The notes under the pieces were generated by a model that was not told the origin of the DNA, did not search any database, and saw nothing but the letters and a program-made list of their open reading frames with translations. From Alphaproteobacteria bacterium (GTDB lineage: Bacteria > Pseudomonadota > Alphaproteobacteria > SHVZ01), in NCBI GenBank assembly GCA_044223515.1, contig JBGALV010000001.1, positions 74,864-138,863 on the forward strand: DNA of 64,000 nt, given 5' to 3'. Position numbers and translations under genes: made by a program. This document shows, piece after piece, positions 39,877 through 49,843 of the stretch. Positions within the stretch are counted from its first letter, which is position 1. The number at the start of each line of letters is the position of its first letter.

Positions 39877-39996
39877 CCCCTCGCTTACGACCGCGGATTG
39901 TTGATCGTTCTCGCCTGCGGTCGCGTTCTCCCCGATAAACGGAGCGTATAGCAATTCCGGCGGCATCAACAAGCAGGGCAAAAGGCGAAAAGATCA

Positions 39997-40878
39997 ATGT
40001 TTCACGGCATTTATCCGATCCTTTACGCATTCTTCGACGCCCAGGGACGGCCTGATCGCGAGCTGATGCGCCGCCAGGTCGAAGGGTGCCTTCGCCATGG
40101 GGCGCATGGGCTCGCGGTGATGGGCCTCGCGACCGAGGTGGCGAAGCTGCAGAACAGCGAAAGGCGCCAGATCCTCGAATGGGTCGGCGCCGATGTCGGC
40201 GGGAAGGTGCCGCTCGCGGTCACGATCGGCGAGCCCAGCGTTCACGGCCAGATCGAGATGGTGCGGGCGGCGAAGGAGGCGGGCGCCTCGTGGGTGATCC
40301 TGCAGCCGCCGCCGGTCGCGGGCCTGGCCGAGATCGAATATCTCCGTTTCTTCGGTGCCGTCGCCGAGAAGTCGGAGCTGCCGGTCGCGATCCAGAACGC
40401 GGCGATGTACATCGGCATCGGGCTTTCCAATGTCGGCCTCAAGACGCTCAACAAGAACCACCCGAACGTCTCGATCCTGAAGGGCGAGGCGCCGGCGAAC
40501 GCGATCCGCTCGCTCGTCGAGGAGAGCGCCGGCGTGTTCAGGATCTTCAACGGCCGCGGCGGGCTCGAGCTCACCGACAATTTCCGCGCCGGCTGCGTCG
40601 GCATGATCCCGGCGCCCGAGGCCCATGACGTGCAGGTGAAGGTCTACGAGGCCTGGAAGCGCGGCGACGACGAGGAGGCGGAGCGTCTCTACCGCTCGAT
40701 CCTGCCGCTGATCACCTTCCTGATGTCCTCGATCGAGAACTTCCTCTGCTACGGCAAGCGCCTGACCGCGCGGCGCCTCGGCATCGCGGAAGTCCACGCG
40801 CGCGTGCCGAGTCAGCAGCCGACGCCGTTCGGCATGGAGATGCTGGCACGGCTGTCGAAGGATCTGGGGCCGCTCTGA
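39997..40878 (+). CDS. dihydrodipicolinate synthase / N-acetylneuraminate lyase family protein
   Basis: A 293-aa protein with DapA-family TIM-barrel conservation (...GLAVMGLATE...). Confidence 0.8.
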   Translation: MFHGIYPILYAFFDAQGRPDRELMRRQVEGCLRHGAHGLAVMGLATEVAKLQNSERRQILEWVGADVGGKVPLAVTIGEPSVHGQIEMVRAAKEAGASWVILQPPPVAGLAEIEYLRFFGAVAEKSELPVAIQNAAMYIGIGLSNVGLKTLNKNHPNVSILKGEAPANAIRSLVEESAGVFRIFNGRGGLELTDNFRAGCVGMIPAPEAHDVQVKVYEAWKRGDDEEAERLYRSILPLITFLMSSIENFLCYGKRLTARRLGIAEVHARVPSQQPTPFGMEMLARLSKDLGPL

Positions 40879-40918
40879 CTTCGTCCCCCTCCTCCGCGAA
40901 GCGGGGGGGATACGATTT

Positions 40919-42076
40919 CTAGATCGGCCCGGTGTAGTGCGCGCGCGGGCGGATCAGCCGCCCGGTCGCCTGCTGCTCGAGCGCGTGGGCGAGCCAGCCG
41001 ACGGTGCGGCCCAGCGTGAAGATCAGCATCGGTGCCGCCTCTGGCAGCTTCAGCACGCGGGAGAGCGCGGCCAGGCCGAAGTCGATGTTGGGCGGCGTGC
41101 CGGTCTGGGTCGCGACCGCGTCCGCGATCTCGCGCATCCGCCGTTGCGTCGCATCGCGCGGGAAGGCCTTGGCGAGGGCGTCGAGCAGGAAGCGTCCGCG
41201 CGGGTCGCCGTCTGGATAGAGCGGATGTCCGAAGGCGGGGAAACGGTCGCCGCGCCGGGCTCGCGCGCTGACGGCGCGCGGGATGTCCCTGATCTCGTCG
41301 AACTCCCGGAGCCAGGCGGCGGCGCGCCGGGAGGCACCGCCATGACGCGGCCCCTGCAGCGCCGCCAGGCCGGCGGCGACCGCGTCATACAACGACGCGC
41401 CGGTCGAGGCGACGCAGCGCGCGACGAAGGAGGACGGATTGAGCTCGTGGTCGGCGCACAGCACCAGCGCCGAGCGGACGAGACCGGCCCGCTTAGCGTC
41501 GAGCTTCCATCCCTCGGCGAGTACCGTGTGGGCCGAGCGGGCGCGCGGCGGCTTGCCGACCAGCGATGCCGCGACCAGGCGCAGCACGCGGCCGGCGGCG
41601 GCAGCGCGCGCCGCGGGTTCCTGGGCGATCGCTTCGACGTCGGCGGCGCCGGCGATCGGCAGTATCGCCTGCAGCCGTATGGAGGCGTCGCCTGACGTCT
41701 TCGGCGGGGCGATGGTCGAGGGGAGGTTGCGGGGGGCGAAGGCGACCTCGTCACGCGTCTGCCAGAGCAGGCAGGCGACCTCCTCCAGCGTCGCCGTCGC
41801 GGCGAGATCGAGCGCGTCCTTGCCGCGATAGGCGTAGCGGCCGTCGGCGATCCGGGTGAGCGCGGAGTCGAGGACCGGAGCGCCGAAATCGAGCGCGCCT
41901 TCGGCACCCTCGCGGCGCGAGATCAGTCGGTCGATGTCCTCGGTCCGATAGCGTCGGCTGCGGCCCGGGCCGGGCTCCGATTTCAGCATTCCGCGGCTGA
42001 CATAGACATAGAGCGAGGCCGGCTTGATGCCGAGGCGGGATGCCGCTTCGGCGGCGGTGAGGTGGCGAGACGGCAT
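40919..42076 (-). CDS. citrate synthase-family protein with N-terminal helix-turn-helix domain
   Basis: The N-terminus (LTAAEAASRLGIKPASLYVYVSRGML) is an excisionase/MerR-type HTH. The rest resembles the citrate synthase small/large domain (HGGA...). Confidence 0.7.
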   Translation of the reverse strand: MPSRHLTAAEAASRLGIKPASLYVYVSRGMLKSEPGPGRSRRYRTEDIDRLISRREGAEGALDFGAPVLDSALTRIADGRYAYRGKDALDLAATATLEEVACLLWQTRDEVAFAPRNLPSTIAPPKTSGDASIRLQAILPIAGAADVEAIAQEPAARAAAAGRVLRLVAASLVGKPPRARSAHTVLAEGWKLDAKRAGLVRSALVLCADHELNPSSFVARCVASTGASLYDAVAAGLAALQGPRHGGASRRAAAWLREFDEIRDIPRAVSARARRGDRFPAFGHPLYPDGDPRGRFLLDALAKAFPRDATQRRMREIADAVATQTGTPPNIDFGLAALSRVLKLPEAAPMLIFTLGRTVGWLAHALEQQATGRLIRPRAHYTGPI

Positions 42077-42163
42077 CCCATGAACTTAACAACTTAATCA
42101 ACATTGACAATGATCGTTAGGGCAGGGACGCTGACTTGGTTCATTCTTCATGAGGAGGCTGTC

Positions 42164-43249
42164 ATGGCAGGCGCATCCGGGCTCGACGGCATCGTCGCGG
42201 CGGACACGGTCTTGAGCGACGTCGACGGGGAGGCGGGGCGCCTGGTGATCCGCGGCGTGCCGGTCGAGGTGCTGGCGGCGCGCGAGGGCTTCGAGGGTGC
42301 GGCCGCGCGCCTGTGGGACGGCTTCGTCGCCGATAGGCTCGATCGGGCGAAGGTGCTCGACGTGCTCGGCCGAGCCCGTGTCGCCGCCTTCGCCCATGTC
42401 GGCAAGGCGGTCGCTGCCGGTACCGGGCTGGAGCCGGTTCCTGCGCTCCGCGCGGGGCTCGCGACCCTGCCCGCCCTGAAGGACTTTCATCCGGCCTATG
42501 CCTTCACGTCGGCGGCGCCGGTGATCCTCGCGGCGCTGCTGCGCCAGCGCGACGGTCTCGCGGCGATCGCGCCGGATCCGTCGCTGACCACGGCGCAGGA
42601 CCTGCTTCGCATGCTGCGCGGCAAGCCGGCGGCACTGGCCGAGGCGGCGGCGCTCGACGCCTACCTCACCACCGTCAGCGATCACGGCTTCAATGCCTCG
42701 ACCTTCACCGCGCGCGTCGTGGCATCGACCCAGGTCGGCGTCGGTCCCTCGGCGGTCGCGGCGCTGGCCGCGCTCGAAGGGCCGCTGCATGGCGGCGCGC
42801 CGGGACCCGTGCTCGACATGCTGGACGGCATCGGCGGCCGGGAGAACATCAAGCCGTGGCTGGAGTCGCGGCTGACATCGGGCGAGCGCCTTATGGGCTT
42901 CGGCCACCGGGTCTACAAGGTCCGCGATCCGCGTGCCGACGTGCTGAAGGGCGCGGTCCGCACGCTCTCGCGCGACGCGGGCCGGCTCGCCTTCGCCGAG
43001 CAGGTGGAGGCAGATGCGATCGCGATCCTGGCGCGGGTGAAGCCCGGCCGCCGGCTCGACACCAATGTCGAGTTCTATACGGCGCTGCTGCTGGAGGCGC
43101 TCGAGATCCCGCGCGCCGCCTTCACCGCGATCTTCGCGGTCGGCCGCATGGCCGGATGGACCGCGCATGCGCTCGAGCAGGCCCGCGACGGCCGGCTGAT
43201 CCGGCCCTTGTCCCGCTACGTCGGACCTTTGCCCAAGGAAGCCGCCTGA
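42164..43249 (+). CDS. citrate synthase-like / citryl-CoA lyase family protein
   Basis: It starts MAGASGLDG at 42164, preceded by GAGGAGG. It has citrate-synthase family motifs (GPLHGGA, GFGHRVYK). Confidence 0.75.
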   Translation: MAGASGLDGIVAADTVLSDVDGEAGRLVIRGVPVEVLAAREGFEGAAARLWDGFVADRLDRAKVLDVLGRARVAAFAHVGKAVAAGTGLEPVPALRAGLATLPALKDFHPAYAFTSAAPVILAALLRQRDGLAAIAPDPSLTTAQDLLRMLRGKPAALAEAAALDAYLTTVSDHGFNASTFTARVVASTQVGVGPSAVAALAALEGPLHGGAPGPVLDMLDGIGGRENIKPWLESRLTSGERLMGFGHRVYKVRDPRADVLKGAVRTLSRDAGRLAFAEQVEADAIAILARVKPGRRLDTNVEFYTALLLEALEIPRAAFTAIFAVGRMAGWTAHALEQARDGRLIRPLSRYVGPLPKEAA

Positions 43250-43289
43250 GATGTGCTAGGAAGGCCTCCCGATTTTCGAGGAGGTCTAG

Positions 43290-43709
43290 ATGAAGGCGCG
43301 GGCGAAGTGGATCGAGGGCCGGGCATTTCTCGGCGAGTCCGGCAGCGGTCATGGCGTTGTGATGGACGGTGCACCCGAGGCCGGCGGCCGCAACCTCGGC
43401 ATAAGGCCGATGGAGATGCTGCTGGTCGGCATGGCCGGCTGCACCGCCTTCGACGTCGTCCACATCCTCGAGAAGGGCCGCGAGACCGTCACCGGCTGCG
43501 AGGTCGAGGCCGAGGCGTCGCGCGCGACCGAGGAGCCCAAGGTCTTCACCGGCGTGCACGTGAAGTACAAGGTGAGCGGCAAGGGCCTCTCGCGCGACAA
43601 GGTCGAGCGTGCGGTCGCGCTCTCCCACGAGAAGTACTGCTCGGCGTCCGTGATGTTCGTCCGCAGCGGCGCCACGATGACCAAGGAGATCGAGGTCGTC
43701 GACGCGTAA
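43290..43709 (+). CDS. osmC: OsmC-family peroxiredoxin
   Basis: A 139-aa protein with the two conserved Cys (GCTAFD, EKYCSAS). Confidence 0.85.
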   Translation: MKARAKWIEGRAFLGESGSGHGVVMDGAPEAGGRNLGIRPMEMLLVGMAGCTAFDVVHILEKGRETVTGCEVEAEASRATEEPKVFTGVHVKYKVSGKGLSRDKVERAVALSHEKYCSASVMFVRSGATMTKEIEVVDA

Positions 43710-43712
43710 GGC

Positions 43713-44378
43713 CTAGACTCGGTCCAGCACTTCCGGTGCAAACAGGCTGACCACGTCGACGGTGACATGGGCGACGACGACCGGCACCAGGTCGCGCGTC
43801 CAGAGATAGACGACAGTGAGTACCGAGGCGGCGATCAGGATCGCGATCGCCGCCTCCATCCCCCAGAACGGCACATGACCGACGGTGAAGACCGCGAGCG
43901 AGATCGCGGCCGCGGCGGTCCTGTTACCGGTCACCCATGAGAGCCGCGTGATCGCGTATCCGCGGTAGAGCCACTCCTCGGCGACGCCGGCGGTGAGCGC
44001 GGTGAAGAGCTTGAGCCAGGTCGGGAGCACCGTGAAGGTCTCCTTGTCTCGGGCCATGCCGCTCATCACGTCGGAGTCGAGCGGGGCCAGAGCGACCTGC
44101 ATCGAGAGAAGGATCGCGGCGGCGGTGGCCAGGCCGAGCCCGACCGCGCGCAGCCGGATCCGTCCGAGTCCGATCGACAGCAGGGAGCGGTCTTCGGCGC
44201 CGATGACGATCGCGGCCGTGGCGATCACCAGCAGCCACATGCCGCAGAGGAAGGCGAAGATGCCGGTCGGCGAGGTCGGATCGCCGGCGAGGAAGGCCAG
44301 GGGGCCGGCGACGAACAAGGGCCCGAGAAGCGCCAGGAAGATGCCGAGCCAGGTCCATCTTCCCGGGCGCGGCGTCAC
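43713..44378 (-). CDS. CPBP-family (CAAX) intramembrane metalloprotease
   Basis: It has the EEWLYRG and FTVGHVPFW motifs of the Abi/CPBP family. Confidence 0.8.
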   Translation of the reverse strand: MTPRPGRWTWLGIFLALLGPLFVAGPLAFLAGDPTSPTGIFAFLCGMWLLVIATAAIVIGAEDRSLLSIGLGRIRLRAVGLGLATAAAILLSMQVALAPLDSDVMSGMARDKETFTVLPTWLKLFTALTAGVAEEWLYRGYAITRLSWVTGNRTAAAAISLAVFTVGHVPFWGMEAAIAILIAASVLTVVYLWTRDLVPVVVAHVTVDVVSLFAPEVLDRV

Positions 44379-44384
44379 GGCACG

Positions 44385-45014
44385 TCAGATCCCGCAGAGA
44401 CGGTCGGGGCCGGTGTCGAGATGGAAGTGGTCGTGATGGGCCTTGTCGTAGGCCGGCGTCAGCACGACGCGGAAGACCTGGCAGGCGCCGCGCGCGACGT
44501 CATGGAGGAAGTTGGCGCGCGCGCCCTTCGCGCGCCAGTCGCGGCTGACCAGGATGCGCGTGCCGTCGGTGAGGTCGAAGCCGATCACGTCGATCGCGTT
44601 GCCGAAGGCGTGCTGGCTCCACTTGCGCGAGCCGGCGATGCCACGGCAGGTGTAGCCGCCGACGTGATGGATCTTGGCGACGCGCTTGCCGAAGTGCTGC
44701 ATCGCCGCCGGCTGCAGAACGTCGAGGTCGAAGCGGGTGAGGGCCAAAGCGGTGGGGCAGGCGATGACCACCGGCTGGTTCAGCGCCGACGGAACCGCGG
44801 TGACCTTGACGCCTTCGGTGAAGCCGCAGCCGTTAGGCGTCGTCATCGGGCGCAGCGCCTCGAACATCACGCCCGATCCGTTTAGGCCCTCCTGACAGGC
44901 GAGAAAGCCGGGGTCATGAGGAGCGGTGGCGGCCGGTGGCGGAGGTGCGGGAGCGCGCGCGGCGCAGGCGGACAAGACCGCCACCGCCAGAAGCGCGAGG
45001 AACGCGCGCACCAT
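44385..45014 (-). CDS. extensin-like domain-containing secreted protein
   Basis: A signal peptide, a Pro-rich segment and a conserved C-terminal Cys/His-rich domain typical of alphaproteobacterial 'extensin family' proteins. Confidence 0.65.
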   Translation of the reverse strand: MVRAFLALLAVAVLSACAARAPAPPPPAATAPHDPGFLACQEGLNGSGVMFEALRPMTTPNGCGFTEGVKVTAVPSALNQPVVIACPTALALTRFDLDVLQPAAMQHFGKRVAKIHHVGGYTCRGIAGSRKWSQHAFGNAIDVIGFDLTDGTRILVSRDWRAKGARANFLHDVARGACQVFRVVLTPAYDKAHHDHFHLDTGPDRLCGI

Positions 45015-45079
45015 ATCGACTCCCCAGGGCTAGTCGCACCCGGGCGCAACATATCAACAGCTTGGGGGAGGTCAACGGC

Positions 45080-46399
45080 TCAGTCGAGCCAGCGATCAAT
45101 TCTGTCGCGCAGGCGGTACCAGGCTCCGACGGCCGGCAGGAACCAGGGGCGGCCGCTGTAGAGCGGGCGTGTAGGGAATCCCAATCCGTCGAACGCGGAC
45201 ACGCGGTTGGTGCCGCCGGCGATCTTCAGCGCAACCTGATGGCCGAGCCAGGTCTGCATGATGACGCCGGAGCCGTTGCAAGCGACGGCGTAGTGCATGC
45301 CGTCGTTCATGCCGAGATGCGGCATGAAGTCGAAGGAAAACGCCACGTTGCCGGTCCAGGCATGGGTCAGCTTTGTGTCGCTCAACTGCGGGAAGACCGT
45401 CGTCATGAAGCGGTGCAGGATCGGCGCGCTGGTCTTGGCGCCGACCTGGGTGAACCGCGCGCGCCCGCCGAACAGTAGGCGCCGGCCGTCCGGCGAGAGG
45501 CGGAAATAGTAGAGGATGCGCTTGGTATCGGCGATCACGCGCTTCTTCGGAATCAGCTCGGCGATCACCTTCTCCGGCAGCTCCTCGGTCGCGATGATGA
45601 AGCTCGCGACGGGAATCAGCCGGCGCCGGATCCACGGCGTCACGTGGCCGGTGTAGCCATTGGTCGCGATCATGACTTCGCGTGCCTCGACATTGCCCCG
45701 CGGCGTCGCCAGCAGGAATCGCCCCTGCGCGCCGGAGATGGCCTCGACGCGCGTGTGGCCGATGAGATTGGCCCCGGCACGCGCCGCCGCCTCCGCGAGG
45801 CCGCGAACATAGAGCGCCGGATGCAGGCCACCGGCGCGGTTGACGACGATGCCGCCGCGATAGAAGTCGGTGCCGATCTCCTCGCGCTGGCGCGGTTCCG
45901 GGATGACCTCGACCGAGTGCCCGGACGTTTCGGCGACCCAGGCGGCGCGGCGCTCGAGCATGCCGAACTGCTGGCGGCTGTGGGCGCCGACGAAGCGGCC
46001 GAAGCGCTGGTAACGGGCATCGATGCCCTCGCGCTCGAGGATCTGCTCCATATGGCCATAAGCCTGGCCGGCTTCATCGATCATCCCTTTGGCGCGGTCG
46101 GCGCCGTAGGTTGCGGTCAGGTCGATGCCCTTGCCGACATTGATGCCGCCCGAGACCATGCCGGCGTTGCGCGATGACGCCCCGTAGCCGATCGCCTCGG
46201 CGTCGAAGACAGTGCAGGAGATGTTGCGCCGCGCGAGCTCGAGCGCGCAGGAGAGCCCGGCATAGCCGCCGCCGACGATCGCCACGTCGGTCTTCTCGGG
46301 AACCGCCGGCGTCTCCGGCGGCGAGGCCTGGCCCGGGTCGGCCGCCTCCCACCAGTAGGGCGTCTCCTTGAAGTCGGACGCGAAGATCCGGGCGCTCAT
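45080..46399 (-). CDS. FAD-dependent oxidoreductase (DadA / gamma-glutamylputrescine oxidase-like)
   Basis: It starts MSARIFASDF at 46399. It has the Rossmann motif VAIVGGGYAGLSCA. Confidence 0.85.
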   Translation of the reverse strand: MSARIFASDFKETPYWWEAADPGQASPPETPAVPEKTDVAIVGGGYAGLSCALELARRNISCTVFDAEAIGYGASSRNAGMVSGGINVGKGIDLTATYGADRAKGMIDEAGQAYGHMEQILEREGIDARYQRFGRFVGAHSRQQFGMLERRAAWVAETSGHSVEVIPEPRQREEIGTDFYRGGIVVNRAGGLHPALYVRGLAEAAARAGANLIGHTRVEAISGAQGRFLLATPRGNVEAREVMIATNGYTGHVTPWIRRRLIPVASFIIATEELPEKVIAELIPKKRVIADTKRILYYFRLSPDGRRLLFGGRARFTQVGAKTSAPILHRFMTTVFPQLSDTKLTHAWTGNVAFSFDFMPHLGMNDGMHYAVACNGSGVIMQTWLGHQVALKIAGGTNRVSAFDGLGFPTRPLYSGRPWFLPAVGAWYRLRDRIDRWLD

Positions 46400-46442
46400 C
46401 GGGGACGGAGTGTAGAGTAAGCGGCAAGGGGGTAGAAGCCGC

Positions 46443-46661
46443 ATGGCGGAACCGAGGAAGGGTGATGACCCGGTACTTGCCGCGCAGGCGGCGAAGGCGC
46501 GCGAGGCGTTGAACCGTCGACTCCAGACCAATCTGGATCTCGGCCGGCTGATCCGCTTCCAGCCGAGCTATCGCGCTTCGACGGGCACCTGGAACCTTCT
46601 GATGGCGATCCTGGGCGGTGCGATCCTGGCCGCGATCGTCGTCATCAACGTCTTCTTCTAG
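46443..46661 (+). CDS. hypothetical small membrane protein (72 aa)
   Basis: Good GC3 codon bias and a C-terminal TM helix. It lies in the divergent region just upstream of the riboswitch. Confidence 0.35.
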   Translation: MAEPRKGDDPVLAAQAAKAREALNRRLQTNLDLGRLIRFQPSYRASTGTWNLLMAILGGAILAAIVVINVFF

Positions 46662-46679
46662 GCAGCGGCGTCGCGTTCG

Positions 46680-46960
46680 GCTAGCTTCCCCGCCGATGGT
46701 TCCCTTCGGGGATTCAATGGGAACGCGGTGAGGCTTCGGCCGACTCCGCGGCTGCCCCCGCAACTGTAAGCGGCGAGCCTTGCGCCCTCGTGCCACTGGG
46801 AAACCCGGGAAGGCGGCGCAAGGCTAGGACCCGCGAGCCAGGAGACCTGCCATCGCCGTGGTCATGCGCGAGAACATCGGGCGGGGTGCCCTGATGGAGA
46901 CCGGAGCCCTCTGAAGTTGGGCGCCAGCCTCGGTTCGCGGTGACGGATCACGTTCGCCGC
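46680..46960 (+). ncRNA. cobalamin (B12) riboswitch with expression platform, upstream of the TonB-dependent receptor
   Basis: It has the conserved core GGTGAG...CCGCGGCTGCCCCCGCAACTGTAAGCGG...GTGCCACTGGGAA...GGGAAGGCG, which includes the B12 box GCCACTG. Confidence 0.8.
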
Positions 46961-46973
46961 GAGGTCTCGTTCC

Positions 46974-48872
46974 GTGCATTCCCTCATCAAGCAGTCGGCC
47001 CTCGGGGCCGCGTTCGCTCTCGGCGTCGCCGTGCCGGCGTTCGCCGATCCTCTCGTCATCACCGTCACGCCGAACCGGCGCGAGGTGCCGATCGATCAGG
47101 TCGGCAGCACCGTCACGGTCGTGACGTCCGAGGACATCGAACTCAGGCAGCAGCGCACCGTGCCCGACGTGCTGCGCACGATCCCCGGCATCAGCGTGAT
47201 CCAGAACGGCGGCCCCGGCGGCTCGACCACGGTCTCGCTCCGCGGCACCAACACCAACCACGCGAAGGTCCTGATCGACGGCATCGACGTCGGCGATCCC
47301 TCGACCGCCAACGGTGCCTTCGACTTCGGCAACCTGCTGACGTCGGACGTCGAGCGGATCGAGGTCGTGCGGGGACCGCAATCCGGCCTCTACGGCTCGG
47401 ACGCGATCGGCGGTGTCATCAACATCGTGACGAAGAGAGGAAAGGGACCCGCACGGGCGACCGCGGCGATCGAGGGCGGGTCCTTCGAGACCCTGAACAT
47501 GGCGGCCGGGTTGAGCGGCGCCACCGGCCGCTTCACCTATGCGTTCGACGCGGCTCATCTCCATGCGGGCGACACCCCGGTGACGCCGCTCTCGCTGCTG
47601 CCGGCGGGACGCGCGCGGATCGGCGACAAGGCCGACAACCTGACGCTCTCGACCCGGCTCGGTGCGAAGCTCAGCGACGATTTCGATCTCGGCTTCGTCG
47701 CGCGCTACGTCGATGCGTCGCTCCGCTTCACCGGCGACGACTTCTCCACCTTCCCGGCGACGCCCGCGGCCGCGCAGAGCCGGTCGCTGAACACGATGTC
47801 GCTGACGCGGCTGGAAGCCACGCATCGCAGCTTCGAAGGCTTCGAGCAGCGTTTAGGAATCTCCTATACGGAGCACGACCGCGAGATCCGCGGCATCGAT
47901 GCCTTCACGCCGGACACGGCGTACACGGGCGATCGGACCAAGGTCGACTGGCTGGGAACGTACCAGCTCGTGCCTGGGCACAGCCTGATCGGTGGTCTGG
48001 AAGCCGCGACCGACAAGCTCGACGATCGCTCGACCCGGGCCGAGAACGACACGAGCGCCGGCTTCGTCCAGCTGGACTCGGTCTTCGGCGGCGCGCTCTA
48101 CAACAGCGTCAGCCTGCGTCACGACGACAACGACCGCTTCGGTGGCGTCACCACCTGGCGGATCGCACCCAGCTATCGCATCGAGGCGACCGACACGCGG
48201 CTCAAGGCGAGCTACGGCACCGGCTTCAAGGCGCCGAGCCTGTCGCAGTTGTTCGTCAGCTACCCGGCCTTCAACTTCTTCGCCAACCCCAACCTGAAGC
48301 CCGAGCGCAGCACCGGCTACGACGCCGGCTTCGAGCAGGCGGTGATGAAGGGGCGGCTCCGCTTCGGGGCCACCTACTTCCACAACGACATCGACGACCT
48401 GATCACCACCAACCCCGGCTTCACCTCGCTGGAGAACCGGCCGTCGGCGACCACCTTCGGCATCGAGTCCTTCGTCTCGTTCGCGGTGACGCCACACCTG
48501 ACGCTCCGAGGCGACCACACCTATACCGAGGCACGCGACAACGAGACCGGGAACGCGTTGCTTCGCCGCCCGAAGCACAAGGCGACTCTCTCGGCGACCT
48601 GGCAGGTGACCGAGGACTCGACGCTGAGCCTGAGCACCCTCTATGTCGGCGCGCGCGTGGACGGCAACCGGGACTTCTCGGTCCAGCGGCTGACCGCGCC
48701 GTCCTACACCGTGATCAATCTCGCCGGCACGCACGAGCTGAACCAGCGGACGACGCTGTTCGGTCGCGTCGAGAACCTGACGGACAAGCAATACCAGGAC
48801 CCGACCGGCTTCGAGCGGCCGGGCCTCGGCGTGTTCGTCGGCGTGAAGGTGAGGTACGACGCCGCGCCCTGA
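46974..48872 (+). CDS. btuB: TonB-dependent outer-membrane receptor (BtuB-like)
   Basis: A GTG start, a signal peptide, a TonB box (DPLVITVT), a plug and a 22-strand barrel ending in the aromatic C-terminus. It is preceded by a B12 riboswitch. Confidence 0.85.
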   Translation: MHSLIKQSALGAAFALGVAVPAFADPLVITVTPNRREVPIDQVGSTVTVVTSEDIELRQQRTVPDVLRTIPGISVIQNGGPGGSTTVSLRGTNTNHAKVLIDGIDVGDPSTANGAFDFGNLLTSDVERIEVVRGPQSGLYGSDAIGGVINIVTKRGKGPARATAAIEGGSFETLNMAAGLSGATGRFTYAFDAAHLHAGDTPVTPLSLLPAGRARIGDKADNLTLSTRLGAKLSDDFDLGFVARYVDASLRFTGDDFSTFPATPAAAQSRSLNTMSLTRLEATHRSFEGFEQRLGISYTEHDREIRGIDAFTPDTAYTGDRTKVDWLGTYQLVPGHSLIGGLEAATDKLDDRSTRAENDTSAGFVQLDSVFGGALYNSVSLRHDDNDRFGGVTTWRIAPSYRIEATDTRLKASYGTGFKAPSLSQLFVSYPAFNFFANPNLKPERSTGYDAGFEQAVMKGRLRFGATYFHNDIDDLITTNPGFTSLENRPSATTFGIESFVSFAVTPHLTLRGDHTYTEARDNETGNALLRRPKHKATLSATWQVTEDSTLSLSTLYVGARVDGNRDFSVQRLTAPSYTVINLAGTHELNQRTTLFGRVENLTDKQYQDPTGFERPGLGVFVGVKVRYDAAP

Positions 48873-48891
48873 GGGCGCGTCGCCCTAACGT

Positions 48892-49515
48892 CTACTCGCG
48901 CGAGGTGTGCTGGACCGACCCGATCAGCGAGAGGAACTCGCGGCGGGTCGAGGGATCGTCGCGGAAGGCGCCGGTCATCTTGCTGGTGACCATCGAGGTG
49001 CCCGGCTTGTGGACGCCGCGGGTGGTCATGCAGTGGTGGATCGCCTCGATCACGACGGCGACACCGCGCGGCTTCAGGGCACTCTCGATCGCGCCGGCGA
49101 TCTGCGCGGTCAGCTTCTCCTGGATCTGCAGGCGCTTCGCATACGCGTCGACGACGCGGGCGAGCTTGGAGATGCCGACGACGCGGTTGCGCGGCAGGTA
49201 GGCCACGTGCACCTTGCCGATGATCGGTGCCAAGTGGTGCTCGCAATGGCTCTCGAGACGAATGTCGCGGAGCACGACCATCTCGTCGTAGCCCTCGGTC
49301 TCGGAGAAGGTGCGCGACAGGATCTCTTCCGGGTCGGCGCCATAGCCCGAGCCATAGGCTTCGTAGGCACGACAGACGCGGGCCGGGGTGTCGTGAAGGC
49401 CTTCGCGCGACGGGTCGTCGCCGGTCCAGCGCAGGAGGACGCGGATCGCTTCCTCGGCTTCGGCCCGAGAGGGCTTGAGGCTCTTCTTGGGCGCAGTCTT
49501 CTTGGGTGCAGGCAT
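48892..49515 (-). CDS. folE: GTP cyclohydrolase I (FolE, type IA)
   Basis: It has the CEHH zinc-site motif and the C-terminal HHCMTTRGV motif. The ATG at 49515 has GGGAGGA 9 nt upstream. Confidence 0.85.
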   Translation of the reverse strand: MPAPKKTAPKKSLKPSRAEAEEAIRVLLRWTGDDPSREGLHDTPARVCRAYEAYGSGYGADPEEILSRTFSETEGYDEMVVLRDIRLESHCEHHLAPIIGKVHVAYLPRNRVVGISKLARVVDAYAKRLQIQEKLTAQIAGAIESALKPRGVAVVIEAIHHCMTTRGVHKPGTSMVTSKMTGAFRDDPSTRREFLSLIGSVQHTSRE

Positions 49516-49843
49516 CCGACACATTCCTCCCGGGCCGATCCGTTGAGACGGGACCGGCCTGTTTTGTAGCGATCCTGATCGAGAAGGCCGGGACCCGCAT
49601 TCCGGTGCGGTCCGCAGCCTGTAGGTCGCGGCTAAGCCCGAGCCTAGCCGATCGGATACCTACGAGGCGATGGCGAAGGTTGCAACCCGAAAACCCGGCC
49701 CTGCGTGGGTTGAAAGGTAAAAATCCCGTACATTCAATACGGTTAACGTGGTTGTGAGAAGCCGCCGCCGGCCAGGAATGCCCGGTGCGATCACTTCGGA
49801 ACCGGAACGTCGTTACTTTGGCCGAGCCCGGACACTTGATCCC

